64,000 nt of DNA, from assembly GCA_964016885.1 (NCBI GenBank), contig OZ024740.1, positions 100,812,001 through 100,876,000 on the forward strand. The letters run 5' to 3'. Numbering within the stretch: position 1 is the stretch's first letter; every line of letters begins with the position of its first letter. Origin of the DNA: Eledone cirrhosa. Taxonomy: Eukaryota. A program made the position numbers and the translations under genes. The notes under the pieces were generated by a model that searched no databases, had not been told where the DNA came from, and was given only the letters and a program-made list of their open reading frames with translations. Of this stretch, positions 1 through 14,201 are shown piece by piece.

Positions 1-36
1 CCTCTATTTATACTGTCTTGTTATCGAAGATTTAGT

Positions 37-85
37 CTTGCTTGATGATCCTGTGAGTGTGCAGGAGAAACTCCAGAGTTACAAG
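37..85 (+). ncRNA. Type I hammerhead ribozyme motif, slightly degenerate
   Basis: cttg-c-TTGATGA-tcctgt..gcagga-GAAA-ctc(ca)gag-TT-acaag; stems I, II and III pair, but position C3 is altered. Confidence 0.6.
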
Positions 86-106
86 TTATCACTTAACCAT
101 AATAAA

Positions 107-147
<41 letters not shown>

Positions 148-534
148 ATATATATATATACATATATAATTCATTAGAAAATATTTTAAAATATTATCAC
201 ATTCTATGTTGGACACCCGTATTCAAAACATGATCAAGGTTAATAGTTGCCAGTCAAATTTTCTGTTGTTTTCTTTTCTGCTGGCAATTTATCAATAATG
301 AATAAAATATCAATAGCCTTTAAACCATTAAATAGGAAACTAATTGTATCACAAGTCCTAATTGACTTATTATCATATGAGATACCTGATCTGGAAAAAT
401 ATTTACTACATCAATATCATTTGCTGTGAAATAGAAAGAACAGTTAATATTTACATCTTGGTTTTGTTGTGTGATAGTTTTATTAAGTTACAAACTTCCC
501 TTGAGGTATATATTATTAATATTATTTTAGGGCA

Positions 535-720
535 GTGGATTGGCAGTACCGGTAGAGGGTCGGAAGCCATGCTTTCCAGCATAGGTACGTCCCTTTACGA
601 TCTGAGTTCAAATCCCGCTGAGGTTGACTTTGCCTTTCATCCTTACGGGGTCGATAAAATAAAGTACCAGTAATTCACTGGGTAATTGCTGGCCTTGTAC
701 CTAAAGTAGAAACAATTATT
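535..720 (+). mobile_element. tRNA-derived SINE family 1 (Meta-SINE-like central domain)
   Basis: A box tggcagtaccgg, B box gagttcaaatccc, central gcctttcatccttacggggtcgataaaataaagtacc; many near-identical copies in the window; two older diverged copies follow at about 727-1130. Confidence 0.85.
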
Positions 721-1129
721 GAGCGGTGGTGGATTGGCAGAGTTGTTAGAGTGTTTGACAAATACTTAGCAGTATTTATTCTAGTTCTTTACATTTTCTT
801 TTCAGATCCTTCCAATGTCAACATTACCTTACATATTTCCGTAGTCAATAAAATAAAGTACCAATCAAGTACTAGGGTTAATTTAATCGACTTTTGTTTT
901 CCCCAAAAACTTACTTATCTTGTGCCTATATTAGAAACCTATATCTTAGGAATATAATTGTCATCGGTTGGTAGAATTGTTAGAACCCTGGCCAATATGC
1001 CTCATGGTATATATTGCATTTCTTCATATTTTGTGTTCATAGTTTGCCAATGTGGACCTAGCCTTTCATTTTCCCAGAGTCAATAAAATAAAGTACCAGT
1101 TAATAACTGGGATCAATATAACTAACACC

Positions 1130-2300
1130 CTGTCCACCAATGTCTGTACATCTACTACAAACAATGTTTACCTTTTCTGTTAGTCTGCTTGGTATTACAC
1201 TACATCTCGTGTGTACCCAAGATATATGTTTTGTATATCATATAGAGTTTCTACCTATCCCATTTTTAGATGTTGGACAAAGTCAATTCCTTGATGGGAT
1301 CAGAGTCATGTTTTCTTTCTTCTTTGACTTTTGCAAAGTTTACTCTAAGTCATCTGGATTATAACTTCTGTTTCCATAACAAGAATTTCTTCTCCTGCTT
1401 TACTACAGGTTCACCTATATGAACCAGTTTGTCAGTACATAGAAGTTCCCAAAGACAGATGGCCTGGAAAACTTTGATAAACAGAATTGGACTGAGGATT
1501 TAACCCCCAATGAACACATACCTGCACATTGAATTATTTATTAAACACATCACCTACTCTCTTTTTATTGACAGATCCTCTGTACATGGCTTGCATTGCT
1601 CCCACTAGCCATTCATTTACACCTATTAAGTAACACTAGATGACAAATCATGGTACTCTGTCAAAAGTCTTCTTCAGATCAAAGAAAGCTGGATGTAGTA
1701 GCTTACACTTAGCTAGGAACTTCTCTTGTAACTGGCACAACATTTACATCTCATCTAATTTGACTCTATCCTTAATTCTAAAAGTCTAAAATCTGTCTCA
1801 AACCCAGAGGCTCATCGGGCTGTGGCTTAGCCTGGTTTCTGTGGTATGAAGCAACTGAGAGTATAAGACTCCTCTTTGGATAGGATGCCAGTCCATCATA
1901 GGGTTAAACCCTCAGATATTGCTGCAACTCATTTTCAGATGAGTATACGAGAGCAGCATGAAATGAAGTGTTTTGCTCAAGAACACACAACCTAGCCCAG
2001 GAATCAAACCCACGACATTATGCTCATCAGTCCAATACCCTTACTATTAGGCCATGCACCTAATTTGTCAAGTTAAAATTATTTTTCTCACTTTCATAAC
2101 TGGGCCATTATTTCTATGTCTCTGTAGTTGCTTCTACCCAGCACATCACCATTTCCCCTGTAACTATTAATGGCCACAGCCTATATCAACTAATTGATTA
2201 TTGAACCCTCCCTGTATTACCTGGTTGATTACTAGATACCTGGTTGGAGACTAGATACCTAACACCTCAGATTATTTCAACATCTCAGTAACTATTTCAG
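1130..2300 (-). mobile_element. Decayed RTE-clade LINE reverse transcriptase fragment, interrupted by a SINE
   Basis: Minus-strand remnants of RT-region coding sequence with stops and frameshifts; similar to 3300-4410. Confidence 0.55.
1795..2060 (-). mobile_element. Old tRNA-derived SINE
   Basis: Minus-strand B-box-like ggtttgattccc, CORE-like ttcttgagcaaaacacttcatttc, and gatggactggcatcctatcca segment. Confidence 0.6.
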
Positions 2301-3035
2301 CTAGAATAAATACATCTCTGTCGTTTGTAACTGATGTCGTGTGTTCCTCATACAAATGGCCCTAAAAATAAATATCTGAAGTTACTCACAGAGACTCTAT
2401 GTATGAGAAATGTAAGAAAAGTTAATGTTAACATAATTAATGTAGCTAGCATTAAAAGATCTAATTAGAAATAATTGTGTGGTGGCAGAACAAGTCAGCA
2501 TGTGTTCAATGATTAATATTATTATAATAATTTTGGCATGTGCAAGAGACAGCTCTGGATACGTTCCTGTCTTTTTAGACCTCCCCAGCGAAGTATAGGC
2601 ATCACCATATTTTCTGAAGTGATTGTATAATGTTGCATTTATGACAAATTAAATGAAATAACATCTGTTAACTCACATCAAATTTTCTTGCAATTGCAAT
2701 AGAGCTTTGTTGTATAAAAGGCAGAATATTTGTTTGAGAAAGGAAGTAGACATTTGAAGTGACAAGTTTCAGCCATGTCAGTGTACAGTGACCTTAGCTT
2801 TCTCTTTTTTTTAGTCACTGGTTTGAATTTAGTAAAATCCAATTGAACAAACTTGTGGACAAATGTATTCTGATCAAATAAATATATCGTTTATATAGAC
2901 ACCATCTATCTAGAACTAAATTATTCAATGTATCCTTGAGTTGAACTTACTTGTTGGTTCATACATTCATCCATACATAAATATATAAATGTACATACAA
3001 CAGATTCATACATACACAGAGATTCATACATACAT

Positions 3036-3066
<31 letters not shown>

Positions 3067-3081
3067 CATACATACACACAC

Positions 3082-3172
<91 letters not shown>

Positions 3173-3299
3173 GCATATACATACATACATATGTATGTAC
3201 GTATATGCATGCATGTGTGTAATATAATATTCAACAAGTAATGAGAGAGCTGAATATCCATTGAAAAGCTATAAAGTTACATTTGTTGAGTAATATTAT

Positions 3300-4410
3300 G
3301 AAGTAGATCTATATATCTTCCCTCTAACTTAATATTCATTGAATACTAGCTTGATCCAACAGAATAGGTTCACTTCATTTTTATCCAGCCTCTGCATATC
3401 CTCTGCATTCACTGATCATATCTCTCTGCAAAGCAACCTCACACTTCTTACAATCTACCCTTCACTCAGAGAGAAATTACTTTTGTTGTTAACTGAGATA
3501 GTAATTCCCTGAACTTTTTTCTACCTGTTTTTATTCTAGCTATTGTGCTTTTAAAGCAGCCTCCTCCAGTGCAAATTAGATCACCTAGGTAACATAATCT
3601 ATCAACTACATCTATAGTACCAACCAACTATCCCTGTGCATCTGCTACATGCAAAATCTATCTTTTCATTTAGCCTGCCTACAATGCCACTACATCTCTT
3701 GTGTACCCAACATTTAAATTGCGTACCTTGTATAAAATTTCTGCCTATACCTTTTCTACATATTGAACATGGCCACATCTCTGAAGGAATCAGAATCCTA
3801 TCTACTTCCCTACTTATTAAAGATTTGCGCTTTCTTAGATTTACTCTGAGCTCTTTTTATTCTAATTTCTGTTTCTACAACAGTAATTTATTTTCAAAAA
3901 TCTTCCAAAGATTTGGCTATAAGAATTAGATGTTCAGCATACAGAAGTTCCCATAGACATCTAGTCTTAAACAGCTCTGTTATAGCCTAGAAAGCTATAA
4001 TAAACAGGTGGGGTATGAAAACTAAGTGCTGACGTACACCAACCTGCACACTGAATTCCTCATTAAACTCATTATCTACTCTCACCTTACTGACAACACT
4101 TCACTTCACAACTTACACTGCTCTTACAAGCCACTAATCTATACCCAATTTCGTTAAGGACCACTAGAAAACAGATAATAGTATTCTACCAAAAACCCTT
4201 TCCAGATCAACAAAACCTTGATATAGCAGCTTATACTTAACTAGAAAAATCCCTTATTGTTGTCCCACTAAGAGCTAGCATCTGTGGTATAAAAAAAGCA
4301 TCCGTCATAGAAAACCAAACTTCACCTCATCCAATTTAATTTTTCCTAATTTTTCCTAATTAGTTGTATCAAATTCTTTCTACCATTTTCACAACTTGAT
4401 ACACCAGGGT
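3300..4410 (-). mobile_element. Decayed RTE-clade LINE fragment
   Basis: Minus strand encodes broken homologue of VDxFCYLGD...WKKFRELL seen intact at 29670-30140. Confidence 0.65.
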
Positions 4411-4462
4411 TATGAGTCTAAAGATGCTCCCAGAAGAGAATGTTTATAAATGGTCAATATAT

Positions 4463-4647
4463 TAATTGTTTCTACTTTAGGCACAAGGCCAGCAATTACC
4501 CAGTGCATTACTGGTACTTTATTTTATCGACCCCGTAAGGATGAAAGGCAAAGTCAACCTCGGCGGGATTTGAACTCAGATCGTAAAGGGACGTAACTAT
4601 GCTGGAAAGCATGGCGTCCGGCCCTCTACCGATACTGCCAATCCACC
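4463..4647 (-). mobile_element. SINE family 1 copy
   Basis: Reverse complement of 535-720. Confidence 0.85.
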
Positions 4648-4759
4648 TTCAATATATTAATGTTAGGTTTTAAAATGAATATATTGTGAGTGTATAAATA
4701 TATTTATATATCATCACAATTATCATTTGACATATCTGTGTAATAATAATATACATGAA

Positions 4760-5240
4760 TGACAAAGCATAAATGAACTGAGAGAGAAATTGGGTATAAG
4801 AAGGACCAGATGCAGTGTGCTAAAGAGAAAATTGCTTTGGTATAGTCAAGCGATGCATATGAAAGATGACAGCTGTATAAAAATGTGCAGGGCGATCAAA
4901 GTTGATGAAAGCTATGGAGTAGAAGAAACTGACCTTGCACATTGCACCTCTCAAAGAAAGACAATAACACAGAATCAAGATCCTTGGCCTTATGCTGTAA
5001 TACAGAAGACCTGCCTTCCCTTGCACACAGACTGAAACATACATCTAGTAGGCACCTCCTAACTACTATACCTCCTTCCATACACCTCACATGCCCAAAC
5101 ACCCACCCACTTCTGTTCACACCACTCTTATAATGTAAAGTTGTTGTGTTAGTACCACAAATAAAGCATCCAGCCCACATTGTAAAGTGGTCATCTATGT
5201 GCCATGACAAACATTTCCCAGCCTACACTGTAAAGTCTTT
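4760..5240 (+). mobile_element. RTE LINE 3' fragment
   Basis: [32 protein letters not shown] is homologous to 29990-30100; followed by cacattgtaaagtgg 3' UTR subrepeats. Confidence 0.7.
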
Positions 5241-5456
5241 GAAATTTGAAATGTTTATGTTGTTATGCATATGCCCATTATAAGTGTTGATCACATAATA
5301 ACTCCTATTATATTCTCAGAAAATATATACACATTCAAGACACTTGTGTCAATGATTTATATATATACATGATATATATATATACATACATTTATATATA
5401 TACATTTATATATATACATATAGTAGACGCGTTCTTGAAGCTAGTAAAATGAGGTA

Positions 5457-5546
5457 TCCTCTTGATAAGTCGGCAGACCTCGCAAGGGCTCTATATCTTT
5501 ATGATGTACTGTTTTTGTTTATGCCACAAAACTACGTAGTCGAGGA
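5457..5546 (+). ncRNA. Type I hammerhead motif, U3-A8 core variant, G12 mutated
   Basis: tcctc-TTGATAA-gtcggca..tgccac-AAAA-ctacgtag-TC-gagga; 5-bp stem I and palindromic stem III. Confidence 0.65.
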
Positions 5547-5777
5547 ATCTAGGAGCAGTTTAGGTATGATACATTTTATTACTAATTATATCTAAATGTT
5601 CCTTCTCTCTTCATAATGTATTTTTAACTCTGATACTGGTGCAGTCTGATTCAACCGGATTGGTCTGTCCCAGTCATTCATTGAGCAACATCGGTAAGGT
5701 TGGCACCATTAACTCACGGTTGGATGTAGATGCATTCATGTATATGTGTGTGTCCGCATGTATCTGTGTGTTTCTAA

Positions 5778-5845
<68 letters not shown>

Positions 5846-5859
5846 TATAAATATCCATA

Positions 5860-6895
5860 CCTCCGAAGATCACAACCCTGTTCTAACAGCTCTATAACAG
5901 TGCTGAGAGCTGCATGCAAGTGAATGGGAATAATTCCGACTGGTTCCTCATCAACAATTGGGGCAGACAGGGCTGTATAGCTGTCTTTGACCTCTTCAAA
6001 TGTGTCCTCAACTATTTGATGACCAAGGTCTGTGAGCAAGTTTCTTGCATTACCACCTAATCGACCTGCAGTACGCAGACATAACCACCCTATTCAGCAA
6101 CTTTATCAATCAGCTCAGAGACACACTGACCATATACCGGGAGGAATCAGCAAATCTTGGCCTTCAGGTAAGCTGGGCAAAGACAAAGCTGATGGATGTC
6201 AGCAATTGTCTGGATCCTTCTTCACTTCATATTGATCATGGAGTTTGAAGCTTCTTCATTTAGCTGGGTTCAACTGTCACCAACAATGGAGACCTGACCT
6301 TGGAGATCAACCATAGATGTGGCCTGGATGCACTCTCTGTGGAAGCCTCTTTCACAACACTGCTCAATCTCCCAGAAGACAAAGCTCTATTTACAATGTA
6401 TCAGTCCTCTTCGTTCATCTCTATGGAGCAGAAACTTGGCCCCTCACAAAGACTTTGGGAAAGAGGATTGACAGCTTTGTTAGCAGAGCCATGAAGACCA
6501 CTAAAAACATCAGATGATACTACCACGTTTCCAAAAATGTGTTGTATGCATGAATGTATAGCCCACAGCTATCAGCTACTCATAGCTATCAGCCATATGC
6601 ACTAGCACGGACATGTCCTCTGCTTTCCACCAGATCTTCCTCCCAAGGCCTTACTCTCATTTGACACAGTGACTGTAGGCTAGAAGAGACCACATGGCAG
6701 GCCCTGCACCAGATGGCTGGATGTCATCAGGGAAGATCTCTGAAGGTTCAACATCACCTTGGATGATGCATAGTAGCTGGCATGGGTGGGCTAGTGATGG
6801 AGGGTACTGGTGGACTTGGTCGGCTCTATGCACAATAATGCTTCTGGGATTGCTGGCTTTGGATGACGCTGGCCTCATTGAACAAGAGCAAGAAT
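5860..6895 (+). mobile_element. Decayed RTE-clade LINE (second family), RT C-terminal half
   Basis: DLQYAD, GLQVSWAKTKLM and LYGAETWPLTKTLGKRIDSF motifs spread over shifted frames. Confidence 0.8.
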
Positions 6896-6904
6896 AAAAA
6901 GAAG

Positions 6905-8077
6905 ACATATTTTTATATTACCAGATATTTTTCTATTTTGTTCCTCTACCATTCACCATCTTTGAGGCAACTTCATGATCCCATCCAACCAGAACTTGAC
7001 ATCTTTCCAGGTCATGAACTGGTCTAGGTAGTTTTTCCAGTCTTCTGAAGAATCAAAGTTCTTCCCATTAGGAAATTGTTATAGTGATTGGAATACATGA
7101 TAATCTGAAGGTGCATGGTCAGGTAAATATAGGTGGGTGTGGTAGGACATTCCAGCGAAGTTGTACCCATTTCTGCTGGATCTGCAAAGAAACGTGTGGT
7201 CTAACATTGTCCTGATATATGACCACACCCTTCCAGATTACCAATTCTGGACGTTTTCATCGATTACCTTCTTTAATTGTTCTAATTGGGAACCATGATA
7301 GTTTGAATTTAACATCTGATACCATGGAAGGAAGGAGGCCATAATACATAATTGTTTCTACTTTTGGCACAAGGCCAGCAATTACCCAGTACATTACTGG
7401 TACTTTATTTTATCGACCCCGTAAGGATGAAAGGCAAAGTTAACCTCGGCGGGATTTGAACTCAGAATGTGGATGATTTTTGTTTCCTTTCAGTAGCAAA
7501 TCATAGATGAAAATGTGCTCTATTAATTTTTTTTCCATTAAATTATGAGGCACCCAAACATCATAGTGATTCACATATCCAAGTGTTTTCAAATAGTTTG
7601 TAACACTCATATAATATACATGAAGTATCTCTGTGATGTCTTGCATTGTATTAGATGGATTATTTTTTTTTTTATTAAAGGCTTTATTTGGTCATTACCA
7701 ATGACCATAGGTCTGCCTGAATGGGCATGGTCTTTTAGGTCAAAAGTTTTGGTTCTAAACCTAGTGAACCACTTGAGAGCTATGGCACCATCACCATAAA
7801 CAGCACATATCTGTTTTGCTGTTTGTGCAGCAGTTTTTCCTTTCTGGAAATAAAAGGATATCAAATGATGAAAATGCATCTCGCTTCCCTCCATTTTCAA
7901 TTTTATCATAAAAACAGTAGAAGTGAATATTCCACACAATATTCAGATAGGAAAATGTGTTGAGATATCTTTCAGAATATATATATATGCCATATGCTTC
8001 TGCCACATGATAAACAAAACCATGTGATTAAACATAAACAATAGAAAAACGCTACAAACTTTTGTTACCATCCAATA
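6905..8077 (-). mobile_element. Mariner (Tc1/mariner) transposon relic, pseudogenised
   Basis: HTH region KGKTAAQTAKQICAVYGDGA..WFTRFR..SGRP, WVPHNL, and HPP..APSDYHVF motifs; one TIR tattggatggtaacaaaagtttgtagcgtttt at about 8047-8077; SINE inserted at 7349-7466. Confidence 0.88.
7349..7466 (-). mobile_element. SINE family 1, 5'-truncated, inside the mariner
   Basis: Matches the 3' two-thirds of family 1. Confidence 0.85.
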
Positions 8078-8497
8078 TATATACATGTATATGTATATGT
8101 GTCCCAGATACCAGCTATCCAGAAGATCGCTGGTATCTGAGAGATATGGAGTTTGATGCCTCATAGTGACTGATGGCAACTTCTTTTTCCATCGTTAAGG
8201 GTCTTCCTCCAATTTTATAAGCTATTTTATAGCAACCTCATGCATGAGCACACCATTATATATATTAACTTTATCACTTTATTGTTTTGTAAAAATTAGA
8301 GAGATTGGCTATGTAGTATGTACACATTATGTTTGTTGATATATATTGTCTCTATCACTATTAACGTATAAGTGTGTATTCTGCTTTCATTTTGGTTGGT
8401 ATCCTAATGATGCTGGCTTAATTAAAGCATTGAGTGAGTGACAGAACAGTTGGAGATACACTGGTTCTTTCGATGACTCTGTTTCAATATTATTATT

Positions 8498-8835
8498 GGT
8501 GGATTGGCAGTATCGGTAGAGAGTCAGACGCCATGCTTTCCAGTATAGTTACGTCCCTTTACGGTCTGAGTTCAAATCCCGCTGAGGTTAACTTTGCCTT
8601 TCATCCTTACAGGGTCGATAAAATAAAGTACCAGTAATGTACTGGGTAATGTACTGGCCTTGTGCCAAAAGTAGAAACAATTATTATGCAGCACAGTTAC
8701 GTCCCTTTACGGACTGAGTTCAAATCCCGCCGAGGTTAACTTTGCCTTTCATCCTTACATGGTCGATAAAATAAAGTACCAGTAATACACTGGGATAATT
8801 GCTGGCCTTGTGCCAAAAGTAGAAACAATTATTAT
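8498..8835 (+). mobile_element. SINE family 1, full copy plus tandem 5'-truncated copy
   Basis: Copies at 8498-8686 and 8695-8835. Confidence 0.85.
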
Positions 8836-9819
8836 TATTTATATATATATATATATATGAGGTGGTAGAGTTTAAATAAATCAAGATTTGACTGCTATTT
8901 TTTAGCAGGTCGACTAGTACTATAGATATTCTACAGAAGAAAGCATACAAAAGACAGCATAGAATTTTGCATACATAGATAGTAAATCTTTTGAATGGAG
9001 ATAGATTAGCGAAAGGGATTGAATTAATATTATAAGGATAAAGTTTTTATAATGGAGTTTTGAGTGGATTAGGTGAGAAAATGTTAAGCTTGCTAAGTTA
9101 TGAAAATCTGTGATTAAACTAGTTCTCTATAGAATTTAATTATTTAAATGGATCAGTAAAGTTGTATGGAATAATATTTCATTTCAATTATATCATACAT
9201 AAATGCAACACATGAAGACACAAATATATATATATGCCTGTATATATACATATATATATATGTATATATACAGATGTATCAATAATAATCAGATCACTTA
9301 GAAATCTATACAGGTATGTATAGGAATTTATATGAAGCGACCATGCTGAAACTACAAAGTCATTGCAACTTTACTTGGAAAATAAAATGTGCATTCTACT
9401 TACAATTATTGTTTGCTCAATCAGTTAATGTTTGAATGTTTTAAAGACAATGTTATTTTGAACCCATTCTAATATATATGGGGTTAGTGTGTTTGGATAA
9501 TGATTGTAATGCTAAGACTTTGATTCTTGGACCAGGTTGTTCATTTTATTCTTAAGCAAAACACTTTATTTCTTGTTGCAGCAGCCAACTCAGCTGACAA
9601 AAATTAGTTTTATCTGTAATTCAATGGGTCATGCTGAATCTCCCTGATAACTACATTTAGTGTTCAAATGTTTATGTTTGTGTAATACTCAGTCAATTAA
9701 ACATTAATTCCACATTAATTTCATGAGTAGGAAGTTCGGTTGATTGAATCAACTGGCACACCTGTCGTTGGAAATAAGAGACGCTCCCTCCTCACACCCA
9801 TATATATATATATATAAGT

Positions 9820-10182
9820 GTCCATCCACATTGTAAAGTGATGATGGAGGTGTCACAACAAAAATCACTTAGTCCACTGTAAAGTGGTCGTGTAAGTGTC
9901 AGGATAAAAAGTGCCCAGTACACACTGTGAAGTGGTCATGTAGATGTCACAACACAAAAGCTCTGTCCACACTGTAAAGTGGACATGAAGGTGTCACAAC
10001 GAAAACCAGCCAAAACTCACTGTAAATGTAGTTGGCGTAAGGAATGTCATCCAGCTGTAGAAACCAAACCAGAAGCAGTTCTGTGGGACAAATACACAGT
10101 CAGCTGATCTGGCTTGCTCACAATGTGTCAACTCATAAACCCATGCTAGCATGGAAAAATGGACATTAAACAGTGATGATGA
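9820..10182 (+). mobile_element. RTE LINE 3' UTR with ~45-bp cacactgtaaagtgg subrepeats and (tga)n tail
   Basis: Same layout as 30290-30553. Confidence 0.7.
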
Positions 10183-10199
10183 TATATGTCAGCAGGGTT

Positions 10200-11114
10200 C
10201 TTCAAAACACAAGAGAACCCTCTGTATTCTGATAACGTGAGGCCGCTTGTGAGACGTGGGACCGGCTGGGACTTAGCCCAGTAGACGTCCCTCCTCCTTC
10301 TCCCCCTGTTGACGTCAAGTCCCCCCAACGCACTTGGGATGACATCCAGTGCAGCCTGGCCTCAGACAGGCTCATGCGCCAGCTCGACCAGCACCACCTT
10401 GCTTGATTTTGTCTGGCCTCCAAACCCCACAGTGGTGCCTGGCTCCATGCCCTACCCCCCTTCTCCACTGGCACGCAGCTAGACAACCATAGCCTGTGAA
10501 TCGGTGTTTCCCTGAGGCTCAGCCTCCGGATCTACCAGCCACACCAATGTCGCTGCAGTTCCACCGTGGACTCTTTCGGCCTCCACCAGCTTTCCTGTCG
10601 CCACAGTGCCGGCCGCATTCCACGCCATGCTGCCCTCAACAAGGTCATTAAGCATGGCTTGGGCACTGCAAGCTTCCCTTCCCAGCTCGAGCTGGTAGGG
10701 CTGGATCGAGGGGATGGCAAAAGGCCAGATGGCATGACCATCTTCCTGTTCTGCGGTGGCAAACCCCTCGTCTGGGATGCCACTTGCACGGCACTTTCTG
10801 CAGTTGCAACCTGGTGCAGTCAGCGACTGACCCAGTCTGCTGCACATTGGGCGGAGGTGGCCAAACTCCTCCAATACCAGTCACTCTCCAACAGGTTTGC
10901 GGTCGTACCCCTGGCAGTGGAGACTTCTGGTGTCCTCGGCCCCAGGGCTACCTCCTTACTCACCACCATAGGCGCTGAGCTGGCCAGCCGCAGGTGTGAG
11001 CCCCGCGAGTTGGAGTGGCTTTTCCAGTGTGCCTTTCTTGCTGTCCTCTGGGGAAACGCCTTCTCCATTCTGTCTGCTGGGGCTGTGGGTGGGCCCCATT
11101 GCGTACCGTTGTAG
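10200..11114 (+). mobile_element. CRE-clade-like non-LTR retrotransposon 3' fragment (zinc knuckle plus restriction-like endonuclease)
   Basis: CxC..H.LSC..GRIPRH..LN..DGKRPDG..PLVWDATC..PLAVETSG..GNAFSIL; in-frame stops upstream; markedly GC-rich. Confidence 0.75.
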
Positions 11115-12696
11115 TTGTTGTATACAGATATTAACTCATCAATCCCATCTGACAAATGGAGAAATAACCACCACATATTATTTCTGATATCTTATATAGT
11201 AATTTATATGTGGATCAGATGGTATTGAGTTGGTAGTTACGGTGTTCAGCTCATTATCGTAAATTCGTGAGTTCAATTCCCCATGATGCATTGTTTCTTT
11301 GATCAAGACACTTTATTTTATGTTGCTCTTTGATTTCTGTTATCGATCTAACGGTGAGAATCTATCAGAGGAGGTGTGTTTTGTTCCATACACTGACTTG
11401 ATTCATGTAGATAAAATGTACCTAGCTCCACTAAAAGATTTGTGGTTCGATACAAATAGAAAACTACTAGAAAATAGCAAGAATAGGACTAGAAAAATAT
11501 TTAGATGCAAGCAAAGTGAAGCTGATAAGAGAAATAAGGAAACACGAAAAACACAAATAGAATCTTTTCTTTATATACAAGGAAATGAAGATGTATATAA
11601 AAAAAATAATAATAACTGCATTGAAATAAAGATTTAGATAAGGATGAAACAAGAGAAAAGGTAAAAAAATAAAAAAAGACAAAATCAAATTCTATTCTGA
11701 AATACACTGAAGAAAACATGAAAAGAAAACCCACTCCATGTTCAACTCCCTGCAGAGCTTGACAGAGAAAATGCAAGCAAGTTTGAAAGACAACAATGCA
11801 TCAAAGGTTTTGGGCTAAAAGCAGATACAAAGGGTCTAATTCTTTCTGAAACGACCAATGTCTGACCATAATTAACTACAATAATATTGAAAAAAAAATG
11901 CTAAATTCGTGTGTAGACTATACATTCAATACTAAGAGGTGTTTAGCACGATCATGTCCAACTGCCTAGTCTCGACAAGTCCAAATATATACTTATGTCC
12001 AGCTACCTAGTCCTTGATGTGCTCAAATATAAATACAGACATAGTCAGGTCAGGAAATATGTCCACTGATTAATAGGTGTATCAGGGGTGAGGTTTTAGA
12101 GGGGTGTCAAGGAAATCAGTTTGACATCATCAAGATGCATGGGATATTGACTGGAGAGAATGAATGAGGAGTGGTGAAGAGAAGACTTGTGCAAACTATT
12201 GTGTCCTCTACATGTTGGTTTCATTTCGTTTTGTGCACATGGGAAGGCAGGACTTTTGTAGTACAGCATAATATCAGAGAACTCAATCTTGTGTCATCTC
12301 CTTTGTGAGGTTTAATTGGGCAAAGCCAGCTTTTATCATTTCATCTCAAGCCTTCCTAGGTCTTCCTATTCTTTAGTTTCTGTCAAACATTGAATTCACT
12401 GCCCTTTTTGTTGCATAGATTGAAGTGGCTTCTAGTCCATTGAAGAGCTCAGTAGCTCTGAATAAACACTGATTTGGTCTGTGATGGCCAGAGGTTTGCA
12501 AGATTGGAATCAACCATCCAACATTTTAACATCCATTTTCCCTTGCAAGCTTGGAAAATGGACGTTAAATCATCATTATGAAGATGATAGTTTCAATATA
12601 ATATGAAATACATACCCCAAGCATAAAACTGTATATATCCAAGGCCCAGAGAGCTGTGCTCAGTAATACAGTGAAACAAGAAATATAACTAACATT

Positions 12697-12883
12697 GTGG
12701 ATTGGCAGTATCAGTAGAGAGTCGGACACCATGCTTTGAAGCATAGAGTTACGTCCCTTTATGATCTGAGTTCAAATCCCGCCGAGGTTAACTTTGCCTT
12801 TCATCCTTACGGGGTCGATAAAATAAAGTACCAGTAATGTACTGGGTAATTGCTGGCCTAGTGCCTAAAATAGAAACAATTAT
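12697..12883 (+). mobile_element. SINE family 1 copy
   Basis: Near-identical to 535-720. Confidence 0.85.
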
Positions 12884-13484
12884 GAAAAAATAGTAATAAA
12901 CTAATTCTGTTATCTTCAATTATCATTTGTTGGGATGAAACTAAAAATATATTGCTAGTGTTGTATTACATCCTTTGACTAATGCTTTTGAAAAAAAATA
13001 TTGAATTGTGTGTCTGTGTGTGTGTATGTGTGTGAACCATCCAAGCTTTACTAATGTTTGAAATATCTATGATCTAAAAAGAAAATATGATAATAAAACA
13101 AAAAGCAAAGAAAAAAAAAAAAAAAAAAAGAAAGATAGAAAGATAGAAAGCCAAACGATGTTGTGATTCGTTAATTCTGTTTCAAGAACATTAAATATAT
13201 CTTAATTGATGATTCATTCAGATGCTTAAGAAAATAAACATTTATTGACATAATTGAAATATTTTCAAAACTGCTCGACAATAATATTTGAGAAGTTGAA
13301 TATCTTTATATAATTTAAGGAAACATTCTCACACATAAAAGTATGTGTAAATGTATGCATGTGTATATATTATACATATGTGTGTGTGTGTGAACTTTCC
13401 TTCAACTATATTGAGCTTCTCAAATATAACAAATATACAGCATTCAGGAGTGGCCTGGTATGTGTGTATATATATATGTGTGTG

Positions 13485-13527
<43 letters not shown>

Positions 13528-13836
13528 GTCCCAAGGCTCTGATACCATCAACACTATACACACAGAGCTGGCATACAATGTGGAGATTTTTCTAGAGATA
13601 TAAATAGTTGTACATAAAGATATGTACAACTATTTAAATATTCACAATGGATTTCACTTAAAAAGCGCTATTCTTAAAATCAAATATATATATACATATA
13701 TCGTTTGTTCTAGCCCATATGATTCCAGTTCCTCGGAGGACTAACAACACACCCAGGAGCTGGACATATCGATGTATTGACAGAGTAGAACACACTTCAA
13801 ATGCATTTGTACCTGTCTTTTTCATACCAATTCGGA

Positions 13837-13889
13837 CTGCCTGAAGAGGTCACAACCAATAATAGCTGTCACCGAAATATATATAGCAG
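13837..13889 (+). ncRNA. Minimal type I hammerhead in a solo PLE-like terminal fragment (about 13700-14035)
   Basis: ctgc-CTGAAGA-ggtcaca..tgtcacc-GAAA-tatata-TA-gcag; fragment flanked by TA runs. Confidence 0.7.
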
Positions 13890-14137
13890 AAAATTATAAT
13901 TTATAATAAACAAAGCCAAATTTTACATGTTTGACTTACTTATTTTACATTACTCCGGGGTAAACAAACCAACCTGCATACTTCATCGAGTGTTCAATCT
14001 GCATACTGAGATGTCGGTAAACAACCAACATATACTCAAAATATATATATATATATATAACTCATGCTAGCGTGGAAGATGGACGTTAAACAAAGATGAT
14101 GATGATAATGATGATGATATATATATATATATATATA

Positions 14138-14201
<64 letters not shown>

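Noticed and set aside
535-720. tRNA genes at A/B-box sites
   Set aside because: No full cloverleaf; these are SINE heads
9820-10030. CRISPR-like repeat-spacer pattern (cacactgtaaagtgg)
   Set aside because: Degenerate subrepeats of an RTE 3' UTR in a eukaryotic context; no cas genes
11299-11637. 112-aa ORF as a host exon
   Set aside because: Starts in a decayed SINE head, A-rich low complexity, no recognisable domain
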